A DNA stretch of 64,000 nt from an uncultured Gemmatimonadaceae bacterium (lineage in GTDB: Bacteria > Gemmatimonadota > Gemmatimonadetes > Longimicrobiales > RSA9), in assembly GCA_964416095.1 (NCBI GenBank), contig CAYQCY010000004.1:8561-72560 (forward strand). Direction: 5' to 3'. Of the stretch, positions 18,423 through 27,658 are shown one piece after another. Each line of letters begins with the position of its first letter. Within the stretch, counting starts at the first letter, position 1. The notes under the pieces were generated by a model. It was not told where the DNA came from and made no database searches. It was given only the letters and a program-made list of their open reading frames with translations. The position numbers and the translations under genes were made by a program.

Positions 18423-20779
18423 GGCAGCTCCACCACGGTGACGCCGGCACCGCCCTCGCCGGGTCCACCCGCCCGGTAGCCGGCAACCCGGGCGTCCCGG
18501 TCCAGCAGCTCGGCCACGACCTCCCTCAGCACGCCCGTCCCCTTCCCGTGGATGACCGTCAGGTGCCGGAGGTTCGCCTGGATCGCCGCATCCAGCGCCG
18601 GGACGAGCCGGGCCTGCACCTCCTCGGCCCGGAGGCCCCTGAGGTCCACCTCCGGTGACGCCTCCGGAGCGGGTCCGGTCCAGCCGCCGCCCGCGTGCCT
18701 GTCCTCCCGTCCCGGCTCGTCGAGGACCTCCAGGGACTCGGCGGGCAGGTCCATCTTCAGACCGCCCGTCTCCACGCTGGCCCGTCCGTCCCGAAGCTCG
18801 ACGACGCGACCGGTGGCGCCCGTCGTTGGGACGCGGACCCGGGCGCCCTCCTGCACGTCCGCCGGGGGCCGGTCCTGCGTCGGCGCGGACGGAGCCTTCT
18901 CCGCCTGCCTGCGTGCCGCCTCCTCGACCCGGCGCCGGGCCCTGGTCGCCTCGCGTTCCAGCGCGGCCTCGTCGCCGCCGGCCATTGCCTCCCGGAGCTC
19001 CCGAATGGCGGCCTCCACCTCCTTACGGGAGTGGAGGAGCAGGTCCCGGGCCTGCTGCCGGGCCCGGCGCTCCGCCTCCCGCTCCCGCCGTGCCACCTCG
19101 TCGCGACGATCCTCGAGCTCGCCGCGAAGGCGTTCCGCTTCCCGCCGCGCCGCTTCCGCCTCACGAAGCGCGGCCTCCGTCTCCCGCTCCGTCTCCTCCA
19201 GATCCAGCAGGAGCTGGCTCACGTCCCGCTCGCCCTGGGGCAGGAGCTCTTCCGCGCGCTCCAGGATCCCGTCCGGGAAGCCCAGGCGCCGGGCGATGGC
19301 GAGGCCGTAGCTCCGGCCCGGCACCCCCTTGACGAGACGGTAGGTCGGGCGGAGCTCGCGGGAGTCGAACTGGAGCGAGGCGTTCACCACCCCTTCCACC
19401 TCCCCGGCCAGCAGCTTGAGCTGGCCGAGGTGGGACGTGGCCACCGTCATGGCGCTTCGCCGGTTCAGCTCCATGAGGACGGCCCGGGCCAGGGCACCAC
19501 CTTCCTGGGGATCGGTGCCGCTGCCGATCTCGTCGATGAGCACGAGGGAATCGCGGCCCGCCTCGTCGATGATCTCCCGCAGGTTGCGCAGGTGGGCGGA
19601 AAACGTGGACAGGCTGGCCTCGATGGACTGCTCGTCCCCGATGTCCGCGAAGATGTCCCGGAACACGGGGATCCTGGTCCCGTCGCCCACCGGCGGGACG
19701 ATCCCGGCCTGGGTCATGGCGCTGAGGAGGCCGATGGCCTTGAGCAGCACCGTCTTGCCGCCGGTGTTCGGGCCCGACACGACCAGGGTCCGCTCCCCCG
19801 GCTCCAGCTCCAGGCTGAAGGGCACGGTGGCCTCCGTCCCCGCCAGCAGCAACGGGTGCCGGCCCTGGACCACCAGGTAGTCGCCGTCGGTGGCGCCCAG
19901 GGCCGGCCGGGCGGCGTTGTGCCGCAACGCGTACCGTGCACGGGCGAAGAGGCTGTCCAGGTCGACCAGCGCCTCCAGCGTCTCCACCAGTCCGACCCGG
20001 TCCTGTCGTGCCCGGGCCGTGAGCTCCCGCAGGATGCGCCGCACCTCCCGTCCCTCGGCGATCTCCATGCTGCGGAGCCGGTTCATCATGTCGATGGCCA
20101 CGGGCGGCTCCACGAACAACGTGCCGCCGCTGGCCGATTCGTCGTGTACGATCCCGCCCACCTCCCGGCGCTCGCCACGTCGGACCGGGATGACGAAACG
20201 TCCGTCCCGGACCGAGACGGACGCGTCGGGTACCCGTGCGGCCTCGGGCAGCGAGGCCATGTAGCGTTCGAGCGCCTGCACGATCTTCGCGCGGGCGCCC
20301 CGGATCTCGTGGCGCAGGCGACCCAGCTCACGGGTCGCGTCGTCCCGGACCTCGCCGGCGTCGTCGATGGCACGGTCGATGGCCTCGACCAGGTCGGCCA
20401 GCGCCGCCGTCTTCCCGGCCGCCGTCGCGATGGCCGGGAACTCCTCGGCGTGACGCCGCACCACCTTCCGCGTCTCGGCGGCGGACGTCAGCAGGCGACA
20501 GGCGTCGGCCAGCGTGCCCGGCTCCCACACGGAGCCTTCCACCTCGAGCCGTCGCAACGCCTCGCGCAGGTCGGGAATCACGGGCACGCCCCAGTCCTCC
20601 ACCCGGACCAGGAAGCGCTGCGCCTGGTCCACCCGGTCCAGCTCGTCCTCGATCCAGCTCAGGGCGTGCACCGGCTCCAGCGCGCGCACCGCCTCGGCGC
20701 CGAGATCGTTCGCCGCCAGGCCCGCCACGATGTCCACGGCGGCCGGGAACTGGAGCACGTCCAGCGCGTGCCGGTTCAC
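18419..20779 (-). CDS. mutS2: endonuclease MutS2 (Smr domain)
   Basis: 786 aa with Walker A GPNTGGKT, DEIGSGTDP and a C-terminal Smr domain (DLRGLRAEE...IHGKGTGVLR). Confidence 0.9.
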   Translation of the reverse strand: MNRHALDVLQFPAAVDIVAGLAANDLGAEAVRALEPVHALSWIEDELDRVDQAQRFLVRVEDWGVPVIPDLREALRRLEVEGSVWEPGTLADACRLLTSAAETRKVVRRHAEEFPAIATAAGKTAALADLVEAIDRAIDDAGEVRDDATRELGRLRHEIRGARAKIVQALERYMASLPEAARVPDASVSVRDGRFVIPVRRGERREVGGIVHDESASGGTLFVEPPVAIDMMNRLRSMEIAEGREVRRILRELTARARQDRVGLVETLEALVDLDSLFARARYALRHNAARPALGATDGDYLVVQGRHPLLLAGTEATVPFSLELEPGERTLVVSGPNTGGKTVLLKAIGLLSAMTQAGIVPPVGDGTRIPVFRDIFADIGDEQSIEASLSTFSAHLRNLREIIDEAGRDSLVLIDEIGSGTDPQEGGALARAVLMELNRRSAMTVATSHLGQLKLLAGEVEGVVNASLQFDSRELRPTYRLVKGVPGRSYGLAIARRLGFPDGILERAEELLPQGERDVSQLLLDLEETERETEAALREAEAARREAERLRGELEDRRDEVARREREAERRARQQARDLLLHSRKEVEAAIRELREAMAGGDEAALEREATRARRRVEEAARRQAEKAPSAPTQDRPPADVQEGARVRVPTTGATGRVVELRDGRASVETGGLKMDLPAESLEVLDEPGREDRHAGGGWTGPAPEASPEVDLRGLRAEEVQARLVPALDAAIQANLRHLTVIHGKGTGVLREVVAELLDRDARVAGYRAGGPGEGGAGVTVVELP

Positions 20780-20830
20780 CGGCGACCTCCCGAAGCTGCA
20801 GCAGACCTCAGCGCCGACATCTCCGCGTCC

Positions 20831-21280
20831 TCACTCTCCTGCCGCGTCCAGCTCCTCGCGCACGATGCGGTTCGCCTCCTTGCCGTCGAACCGGCCCTTG
20901 ATCCCGGGCATGAGCCGGCCCATGACGGGTCCGATGGCGTCGGCGCCCCCGGCGATGATCTCCCGGGCCCGCTCCCGAACCTCGTCCTCGGAAAGCCGCT
21001 CCGGCATGTACGCCTCCAGGAGCCGGGCCTCCTCATCCTCCTTCTCCGCCAGTTCCGCCCGGCCACCCTCCCGCATCTGGTCCGCCGCGTCTTTGCGCTG
21101 CTTGATGGCCCGGCCCACCACCTCGATGACGTCCTGGTCCGTGGCGTCCCGGCCCTTCTCGATCTCGTGGTTGCGGATCTCCGACAGGGTCATGGTGAGA
21201 AGCGTCGTCCGGCGCCTGTCCTTCGCCTTGCGCGCCTCCACCGCGTCCGCCTTGATCCGGTCCTTCAGAGATTGCGCCAT
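20831..21280 (-). CDS. GatB/YqeY domain protein
   Basis: 149 aa with family-typical LKDRIKADAVEARKAKD...IKQRKDAADQ...GKEANRIV. Confidence 0.85.
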   Translation of the reverse strand: MAQSLKDRIKADAVEARKAKDRRRTTLLTMTLSEIRNHEIEKGRDATDQDVIEVVGRAIKQRKDAADQMREGGRAELAEKEDEEARLLEAYMPERLSEDEVRERAREIIAGGADAIGPVMGRLMPGIKGRFDGKEANRIVREELDAAGE

Positions 21281-21287
21281 GGGTTCC

Positions 21288-21635
21288 TCACCCCGGTGGC
21301 CAGGCCAGCGCCCGGCCTCCGAGCAGATGCAGATGGATGTGGTGGACCGCCTGGCCGCCGTCGTCCCCGACGTTCATGACCAGGCGGTAGCCGCTGTCCG
21401 CGACGCCTTCCTCCGCCGCGACCCGCTGAGCCGCCATGTACAAGGCGCCCACGAGATCCGCATCGTCGGCGCCCAGGTCGTTCACCGAGGCGATGTGCCG
21501 TCGGGGAATGACCAGGACGTGGACCGGCGCCTTCGGATCGATGTCCCGGAACGCCACCACGTCGTCGGTCCGGTGCACGACGTCGGCGTCCAGCTCGCCC
21601 CGCCCGATCTTGCAGAAAATGCACTCGTCCGTCAT
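21288..21635 (-). CDS. HIT-family hydrolase
   Basis: MTDECIFCKI... with the histidine triad HHIHLHLLGG. The start is ATG 21635, preceded by GAGGAGGA. Confidence 0.85.
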   Translation of the reverse strand: MTDECIFCKIGRGELDADVVHRTDDVVAFRDIDPKAPVHVLVIPRRHIASVNDLGADDADLVGALYMAAQRVAAEEGVADSGYRLVMNVGDDGGQAVHHIHLHLLGGRALAWPPG

Positions 21636-21733
21636 ACGCTCATCCTCCTCGTCTGCCGATCCGTCCCTTCGAGCCATTCCTTCGCTCCATTCGGGAAGGC
21701 ATGCTGGAGCCCCGACTCAGACGGAGCGGATCC

Positions 21734-22348
21734 ATGTACGACACAGCCGCCCTTGCCAGCGCCCTGACATCCTGTCCGGAGCTCGCCGTTCCCCTGGACC
21801 GACTGGCCCGCCGCATGCGCCAGATGACCGGTGAGACGCCGACCGTCGCCCGCCTCGCCGGGCAACTTCGCGCCATGCCCGATGTGGTCCTGCTGGAGCC
21901 ACGACCGCCCTGGATGTCGCTTCGCACCTGGTCGTACCGCGACCTGGACGCGTACCGTCCCGTCCTGCGGGACCTCGGCCTCGATTACGGGCCCTTGGCC
22001 GTGCGCCGTCCCGGCACCGCGGACCATCTGAGTGTCGATCCCCCTCGCGTCATCGAGGACTCTCTTCGCCGCACCATCGTCGCGGTCTCCAGCGCGCCCT
22101 CGGCCAGTCCCCACCAGACGCTCACGATGATCCGGGCGGCCGAATCCACGCGCCGGGCCATCAGCCGGATCCCGTGGCGAAGCACCCGGACCACCAGCCC
22201 CCTTCCCGATCCTCCGCCGTCAGCCGAAGACCGGTCGCAGCCGCGGCCCGGACCAGTTCCGGCGCCTCCTGCTCCAGGACCCCACCGAGGACCAGCGCGC
22301 CCCCGGGCGCCATGGCCCCGGCGAGCCGGGGCAGGAGCGGTTCGATGA
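21734..22348 (+). CDS. hypothetical protein (orphan plus-strand ORF)
   Basis: This is the only plus-strand ORF with protein-like composition and high GC3 in the 21.7-22.2 kb gap (MYDTAALASALTSCPELAVPLDRLARRM...). GGAG lies ~9 nt upstream of ATG 21734, and an alternative ATG is at 21701. The last ~60 codons overlap the prmA 3' end and look like antisense junk. I recognise no family. Confidence 0.4.
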   Translation: MYDTAALASALTSCPELAVPLDRLARRMRQMTGETPTVARLAGQLRAMPDVVLLEPRPPWMSLRTWSYRDLDAYRPVLRDLGLDYGPLAVRRPGTADHLSVDPPRVIEDSLRRTIVAVSSAPSASPHQTLTMIRAAESTRRAISRIPWRSTRTTSPLPDPPPSAEDRSQPRPGPVPAPPAPGPHRGPARPRAPWPRRAGAGAVR

Positions 22349-23036
22349 CCCGGCTCAGCACGTTGGCCAGGACCAGGTCGAAGGTGCCGCCGCCCAGTCC
22401 TTCGAGGTACGCATCGTCCACGGACGCGCAGACCAGGTCGATCCTCGCCTCGAGATCGTTCCGGGCAAGGTTCTCCCGGCAACTGGCCACGGCGTCCTCG
22501 TCCCGCTCGACGGCGTGCACCCGCCCGGCCCCGAGCCGGATCGCGGCCATGGCCAGGATCCCACTCCCCGTGCCCACATCGAGGACGTGCGCACCCCGAA
22601 CGACCAGATCCTCCATGAGCCGGAGCACGCCGCGGGTCGTCTCGTGCTCGCCGGTGCCGAAGGCCATGGACGGCTCCACGGCGAGCACGATGTCCTCGGC
22701 GCCGTGCTCCGGCTCCACCCACGGCGGGGTCACGATGATCCGGCGTCCGACGCGCCGGGGCGCCAGCCCCTCCTTCCAGCGCACGGACCAGTCCTCGTCG
22801 TCCTGCCAGCGCCAGAGCACCTCGAGAGCGTGACCCGGCGCCAGCGCCTCCAGCCGGTCCGCCGTGGCCCGCAGGAAGGCCTCCGGCTCGTCCGGCTCGG
22901 GCAGGAAGGTGGTCAGGAGATCGTCGTCCTCCTCCACCGCGGGACCCCCCAACGCGATGAGCCCCTCGGTGAGATCATCGTGGAACTCCGCCGAGGGGAC
23001 CTTCACGCTCAGGACCAACCAGCGCTTGCCGGCCAC
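22161..23036 (-). CDS. prmA: ribosomal protein L11 methyltransferase
   Basis: Motifs PSMAFGTGEHETT and VLDVGTGSGILAMAA. No in-frame ATG lies downstream of dnaJ, so GTG 23036 (VAGKRWLVLSVKV) was chosen. Confidence 0.8.
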   Translation of the reverse strand: MAGKRWLVLSVKVPSAEFHDDLTEGLIALGGPAVEEDDDLLTTFLPEPDEPEAFLRATADRLEALAPGHALEVLWRWQDDEDWSVRWKEGLAPRRVGRRIIVTPPWVEPEHGAEDIVLAVEPSMAFGTGEHETTRGVLRLMEDLVVRGAHVLDVGTGSGILAMAAIRLGAGRVHAVERDEDAVASCRENLARNDLEARIDLVCASVDDAYLEGLGGGTFDLVLANVLSRVIEPLLPRLAGAMAPGGALVLGGVLEQEAPELVRAAAATGLRLTAEDREGGWWSGCFATGSG

Positions 23037-23088
23037 GGAATGGTCCCGTCTCCGGGGCTCGCCGCGTTCTCCCGCGTCGCGCCCCGGC

Positions 23089-24240
23089 TCACGTCGTGAA
23101 CGCCTCCTTGACCCTGCTCCAGAATCCGCGTCCCTGCTCCACCCCCTCCACGCTTTCGGGCGCGGGCGACTCGAGCTCCGCCAACTCCCGGTACAGCCGC
23201 TCCTCCTCCTTGCCGAGCTCCGTGGGCGTCCACACCACGACCTGCACGAGAAGGTCGCCTCGGCCCCCACCCTTCAGGTGAGGCAGGCCCTCGTTCCGCA
23301 GGCGGAGCACCTGACCCGACTGTGCGCCCGCCGGCACGCTCAGCCTCGCCGCTCCGCCCACGGTCGGCACCTCGAGCTCCGCTCCGAGCGCCGCCTGGCT
23401 GAAGGTGATCGGCAGACGGTGGATCAGGTCGGCCCCGTCCCGGACGAACCGCGGATCCTCCAGGATGTCCAGCACCACGATGACGTCGCCCCGGGGCCCG
23501 CCCCTGGGGCCGGCGTTGCCCCGGCCACGCATGGCCAGGTAGTCGCCCGACGACACGCCCGCCGGCACGTCCACCTCGAGCACCGCCTCGCCCGGCTCCG
23601 TGCCGCTGCCGTTGCAGGCCCGGCACACGTCCACGATCCGCTGACCTTGGCCGTCACAGGCGGGGCACGGGGCGACGCTGACGAACTGGCCCAGGATCGA
23701 GCGCTGGACATGCCGCACCTCGCCGGCTCCGCCGCACTCCTCGCAGCGCACCGGGTCGGCCCCGCCCTCCGCGCCGGTGCCACCACACGCGGAGCAGGGG
23801 TCCTGCACCCCGACCTTGAGAGTCCGCACGACGCCTTCGGCCACCTCCTCCAGAGTCAGGGGCAGCCGCACACGGATGTCGGCGCCGCGCTGGGCGCCTC
23901 CGCGCCGGCGCCGGCCCCGGCCGCCGCCGAACAGGTCGTCCAGGCCGAAGCCTCCGAAGTCCCGCATGAAGACCTCGAGGGCGTCCCCGAAGTCGAAGCC
24001 GGTGAACCCGCCGCGGGCGCCCTTGAGACCGGCATCCCCGAAACGGTCGTAGGCCGAGCGCTTCTCCGGGTCCTTCAGGACCTCGTACGCCTCGGTCGCT
24101 TCCTTGAATTTCTCCTCCGACTCGGGCGACCCGGTGTTCCGATCCGGATGGTGTTTCAGGGCGAGCTTCCGGTACGCCTTCTTGATGGTGTCCACGTCGG
24201 CGTCCCGGGACACGCCCAGGATCTCGTAGTAGTCCCGCAT
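23089..24240 (-). CDS. dnaJ: molecular chaperone DnaJ
   Basis: 383 aa with J-domain YRKLALKHHPDRN, a G/F region and four CxxCxGxG zinc motifs. Confidence 0.95.
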   Translation of the reverse strand: MRDYYEILGVSRDADVDTIKKAYRKLALKHHPDRNTGSPESEEKFKEATEAYEVLKDPEKRSAYDRFGDAGLKGARGGFTGFDFGDALEVFMRDFGGFGLDDLFGGGRGRRRRGGAQRGADIRVRLPLTLEEVAEGVVRTLKVGVQDPCSACGGTGAEGGADPVRCEECGGAGEVRHVQRSILGQFVSVAPCPACDGQGQRIVDVCRACNGSGTEPGEAVLEVDVPAGVSSGDYLAMRGRGNAGPRGGPRGDVIVVLDILEDPRFVRDGADLIHRLPITFSQAALGAELEVPTVGGAARLSVPAGAQSGQVLRLRNEGLPHLKGGGRGDLLVQVVVWTPTELGKEEERLYRELAELESPAPESVEGVEQGRGFWSRVKEAFTT

Positions 24241-24271
24241 CTCTTTCCCGTTCGCGAAAATGCCCGCGTCT

Positions 24272-25363
24272 CTAGTCGCGCGTGTCCCGGCCCGTCCCTG
24301 CGGGCCGGCCCGTGAGAAGCTCGGACACGATCTTGCTCGTGCTCTCCACGATGGCCGCCACCTTCTCGTACGGCATGCGCGTAGGCCCGATCACCCCGAT
24401 GACCCCGGACAGCTCGCCGATCTCGTATTCGGAGGTGACCAGCGTGAACGGCGCCAGCTCGGGCGCATCGTGCTCCGTGCCGATGGTGATGCGCAGCGCG
24501 CGATCGTGCTCCCGCCGCGCCAGCACGCCCGCCAGGAGGTCCCGCTGCTCCGTCAGCTCGATGAGGCTGCGGAGCTGGCTCCCCGAGGCGAACTCGGGCT
24601 GGCTGGCCAGCACGCTCGTCCGCCCCAGGTGCAGCTCCTCGCCCGACGCCTCCCGCAGGTTGAAGAACTCCTCCCCGGACTGGAGGAAGATGTTCAGCAG
24701 CTCCCTCGCCGAGCCGTCGCCGGGAGGAACGGCATCGCGCAGGCGTTCCGGCAACGTCTTCCGGATCTCCAGCAGCGTCTGGCCTCCGAGCCGCTCGTTC
24801 AGGATCATGGTCAGCGCGACCAGCGTCTCCTGCGGCACCGACAGCGTCAGGTCCACGTACACGGTACGGATCAGCCCGTTCTGGAGCGTCAGGATCAGGA
24901 GCACCTTGTCGCTGGACACGGACACGAGCTCGAGCCGCTCCAGCACCACCTCGTCGATCCGCGGCGACACCGCGAGCCCCAACTCGCCCGTGAGCAGGCC
25001 CATGGCCTGGGCCGACCTCCAGATCAACCGCTCCAGGGCGTGGGCCACCACGTCCGCCTCCGTCAGCTCCTGGCGCAGCTTGTGTCGCTCCGACTCGTTG
25101 AGCCGGATGGGCTGCATCAGGGTGTCCACGAAGTACCGGTAGGCCAGGTCCGTGGGCATGCGACCCGCCGAGGTGTGCGGGTGGCTCAGGTACCCCTTCT
25201 CCTCCAGGTCCGCCATGGTGTTGCGGATCGTCGCCGGCGACACGCCCATGTCGTAGCGCTTCGCGAGCGTACGACTGCCCGCCGGCTCCGCCGTCTCGAC
25301 GAAGAGCCGGATCACGGCCTCCAGGACCTCTTCTTCCCGCCTGGTCAGTGGCTGTGTCGACAT
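24272..25363 (-). CDS. hrcA: heat-inducible transcription repressor HrcA
   Basis: 363 aa, LTRREEEVLEAVI...PAGSRTLAK...SPATIRNTMADLEEKGYL. Confidence 0.9.
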   Translation of the reverse strand: MSTQPLTRREEEVLEAVIRLFVETAEPAGSRTLAKRYDMGVSPATIRNTMADLEEKGYLSHPHTSAGRMPTDLAYRYFVDTLMQPIRLNESERHKLRQELTEADVVAHALERLIWRSAQAMGLLTGELGLAVSPRIDEVVLERLELVSVSSDKVLLILTLQNGLIRTVYVDLTLSVPQETLVALTMILNERLGGQTLLEIRKTLPERLRDAVPPGDGSARELLNIFLQSGEEFFNLREASGEELHLGRTSVLASQPEFASGSQLRSLIELTEQRDLLAGVLARREHDRALRITIGTEHDAPELAPFTLVTSEYEIGELSGVIGVIGPTRMPYEKVAAIVESTSKIVSELLTGRPAGTGRDTRD

Positions 25364-25420
25364 CTGCGATCGTGTGTCCGTCCCCGCGACCGGGAATGTG
25401 CCGCCCGCCGGAGAGCGCCG

Positions 25421-26563
25421 TCAAGCGATGCCGGGTCCGCTCCCGGCACCGTCCAGCTCCACCGCGAGCCGGTCCAGCAGGAGCCAGCCCGGCCCTGTGA
25501 GCCGCACCGTACCCCCTTCCATCGCCGCCCAACCCCGATCGGACCAGCTCGTCACCAGCTCGCGCTGGCACGGCTCGAGGCCGTCCATGACCAGACCGGC
25601 GCGCGTCCGGAGCCCGAGCCAGATACGTTCCAGGCGGCGCGTGGCTGCGTCCACCCGCTCCCGACCGGCTTCGGGCAGCCGGGCTTCACCCACCGCCGTG
25701 CGGTACGCCGTCCAGTCCCCGTCGTTCCACCAGCGCACCCCGCCTGCAAAGGAGTGGGCGCCCACGCCCAACCCGAGATAGTCGACCCCATCCCAGTACG
25801 CGCTGTTGTGCCGCGAAGCCTTTCCGAACCGCGCGAAATTCGACACTTCGTAGTGCTCCAGGCCAGCGCCGGTCAGGCGATCCACGGCTTCCAGGTACTG
25901 CGCGCCGTACGCATCCTCGTCCGGAAGCCTCGCCCTGCCCTGCCGGACCCAGCGGCCCAGGGGCGCATCCGCCTCCGCCGTCAAACCGTACAACGACACA
26001 TGCTCCGGCTCCAGCGCCAGGGCCCGATCCAGGTCATCGGTCCAGTCACGCCCCGACTCCTCCGGCAGACCGAAGACCAGGTCCACGCTCACGTTGTCGA
26101 TCCGGGCGCTCCGGGCCGCCGCCACGGCACGGGCCGGGCCGTCCGGGCCATGGAGCCGGCCCATCCAGCGCAGCGCGGGACCATGGAAGCTCTGGGCGCC
26201 CAGACTCACCCGGTTCACACCGACTCGAGCCCAGTCCACGGCGAGGTCCCGGTCGAAGCTCTCGGGATTCGCCTCCACCGTCCACTCCGCGTCCGCACGC
26301 AGCGCCATCCGGTCCTCCAGCCCCGACCGGAGCCGGCCCAGCACGCCGGTGCCCAGCGTGGACGGCGTGCCACCGCCGACATACAACGTGGCGAGCGAGC
26401 CGCCGGACCAGCCCTCGCGCTCCATGCGCAGGTCCAACTCCCTCAGCGTGACCGCCAGCCAGGCATCCACCGGTGGCGTCTCCGCGGCCTGCACCGCGAA
26501 GTTACAGTAGCTGCACCGCCGCGTGCAGAACGGGACGTGGATGTACAGATGTCGGGGCGTCAC
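25421..26563 (-). CDS. hemW: radical SAM heme chaperone HemW (HemN-like)
   Basis: 380 aa, LYIHVPFCTRRCSYCNF (CxxxCxxC) followed by the HemN C-terminal region. Confidence 0.85.
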   Translation of the reverse strand: MTPRHLYIHVPFCTRRCSYCNFAVQAAETPPVDAWLAVTLRELDLRMEREGWSGGSLATLYVGGGTPSTLGTGVLGRLRSGLEDRMALRADAEWTVEANPESFDRDLAVDWARVGVNRVSLGAQSFHGPALRWMGRLHGPDGPARAVAAARSARIDNVSVDLVFGLPEESGRDWTDDLDRALALEPEHVSLYGLTAEADAPLGRWVRQGRARLPDEDAYGAQYLEAVDRLTGAGLEHYEVSNFARFGKASRHNSAYWDGVDYLGLGVGAHSFAGGVRWWNDGDWTAYRTAVGEARLPEAGRERVDAATRRLERIWLGLRTRAGLVMDGLEPCQRELVTSWSDRGWAAMEGGTVRLTGPGWLLLDRLAVELDGAGSGPGIA

Positions 26564-26602
26564 GTTGCTGTACTACCCGAAGAGGCCGGATGGGGTTCGA
26601 CA

Positions 26603-27658
26603 TCACCCGGGTCGACGGAACCGGCCACCGGGGAGCTGGCGGACACGACCACCCAGCTCGAGCCGGGTGAGGATCGTGAGCACGCGAGCGGGCGTCAGGC
26701 GCGTCGCCGCCGCGATGGCGTCCACGGAGCGGGGCTCGTCCGCGAGGGCCGCCCAGATGGAGCGTCCCGCGCCGTCCAGGTCCGGCGGATCGTGCGGCCT
26801 CTCCTCGGGCGCCGTCATGTGGAGCTCCTGCAGGATGTCGGCCGCCGACATCACCAGCCGTGCGCCGTCCCGGATGAGGGCGTTCGTGCCCTCGCTCGCC
26901 CGCCGGTTCACCGGGCCCGGCACGGCCATCACCTCCCGGCCCAGGTCCGTGGCGTGGCGCACCGTGCTCAGCGCCCCGCTCCTGTGCGGCGCCTCCACCA
27001 CCACGACGCCCACACTCAGGGCCGCGATGATCCGGTTCCGCTGAGTGAAGTGGCCGCCCAGCGGCGGCTCGCCGGGCAGGAACTCGGACACCAGGAGCCC
27101 CCGGGCGGCGATGGCCGCCTGCAACCGTCGGTTCTCCTTCGGGTAGACCACGTCGATCCCGTTGCCCAGCACGGCGATGGTGCCGGTCTCCAGGGCCGCG
27201 GCGTGGGCCACGGCGTCGATGCCCCGGGCCAGCCCGCTCACCACGACGACGCCGGGACCGAGCCCGCCTGCGACCGTCCGCGCCGTCTCCGCGCCGTACT
27301 CCGTGTGCCCGCGCGTGCCCACGACGGCCACCGCCGGACGCCCCAGCAGGCCGAGGTCGCCTTGGGCGAAGAGCAGCAGGGGCGGGTCGTGGAGGTGCCG
27401 CACGCCCTCCGGATAGGTCTCCGAGGTGATGGGCAGCAGGCGGACGCCGTCCCGGTCCATGGTCCGGAGCGACCGGTCCAGGCGATCCTCCACCCAGGGC
27501 GTCCGGGCCAGGCGCGCAAGGCCCTTCTTCACCAGCGGCTCGTCCGAGCCCAGGATCGCGTCGGGCGTTCCGTACCGTTCCAGGAGCGCGCGGCCGCGGA
27601 TCGGCCCGATCCCGGGCAGGGCCAGCAGCCGGAGCCACGCCCGCGTCTCGTCCTTCAC
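26603..27658 (-). CDS. dprA: DNA-processing protein DprA
   Basis: Motifs VVGTRGHTEYG, SGLARGIDAVAH and FTQRNRIIAALS. No ATG is available, so GTG 27658 was chosen; it forms a GTGA overlap with the obg stop (alternative GTG at 27667). Confidence 0.85.
   Translation of the reverse strand: MKDETRAWLRLLALPGIGPIRGRALLERYGTPDAILGSDEPLVKKGLARLARTPWVEDRLDRSLRTMDRDGVRLLPITSETYPEGVRHLHDPPLLLFAQGDLGLLGRPAVAVVGTRGHTEYGAETARTVAGGLGPGVVVVSGLARGIDAVAHAAALETGTIAVLGNGIDVVYPKENRRLQAAIAARGLLVSEFLPGEPPLGGHFTQRNRIIAALSVGVVVVEAPHRSGALSTVRHATDLGREVMAVPGPVNRRASEGTNALIRDGARLVMSAADILQELHMTAPEERPHDPPDLDGAGRSIWAALADEPRSVDAIAAATRLTPARVLTILTRLELGGRVRQLPGGRFRRPG

Noticed and set aside
21632-22114. Minus-strand ORFs (160 aa, 95 aa, 61 aa) in the HIT-prmA gap, as alternatives to the plus-strand orphan ORF.
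   Set aside because: Their composition is dominated by Gly/Arg/Ser/Ala with no hydrophobic core pattern. The 95-aa ORF merely shares third-position GC with the plus-strand frame. The plus-strand ORF is the better, though still uncertain, candidate.
25364-25420. I looked for a CIRCE element (TTAGCACTC-N9-GAGTGCTAA) upstream of hrcA-dnaJ.
   Set aside because: There is no match in the 57-bp gap upstream of hrcA or the 31-bp hrcA-dnaJ gap. The HrcA operator is probably elsewhere, for example at groESL, or further upstream in a longer operon.
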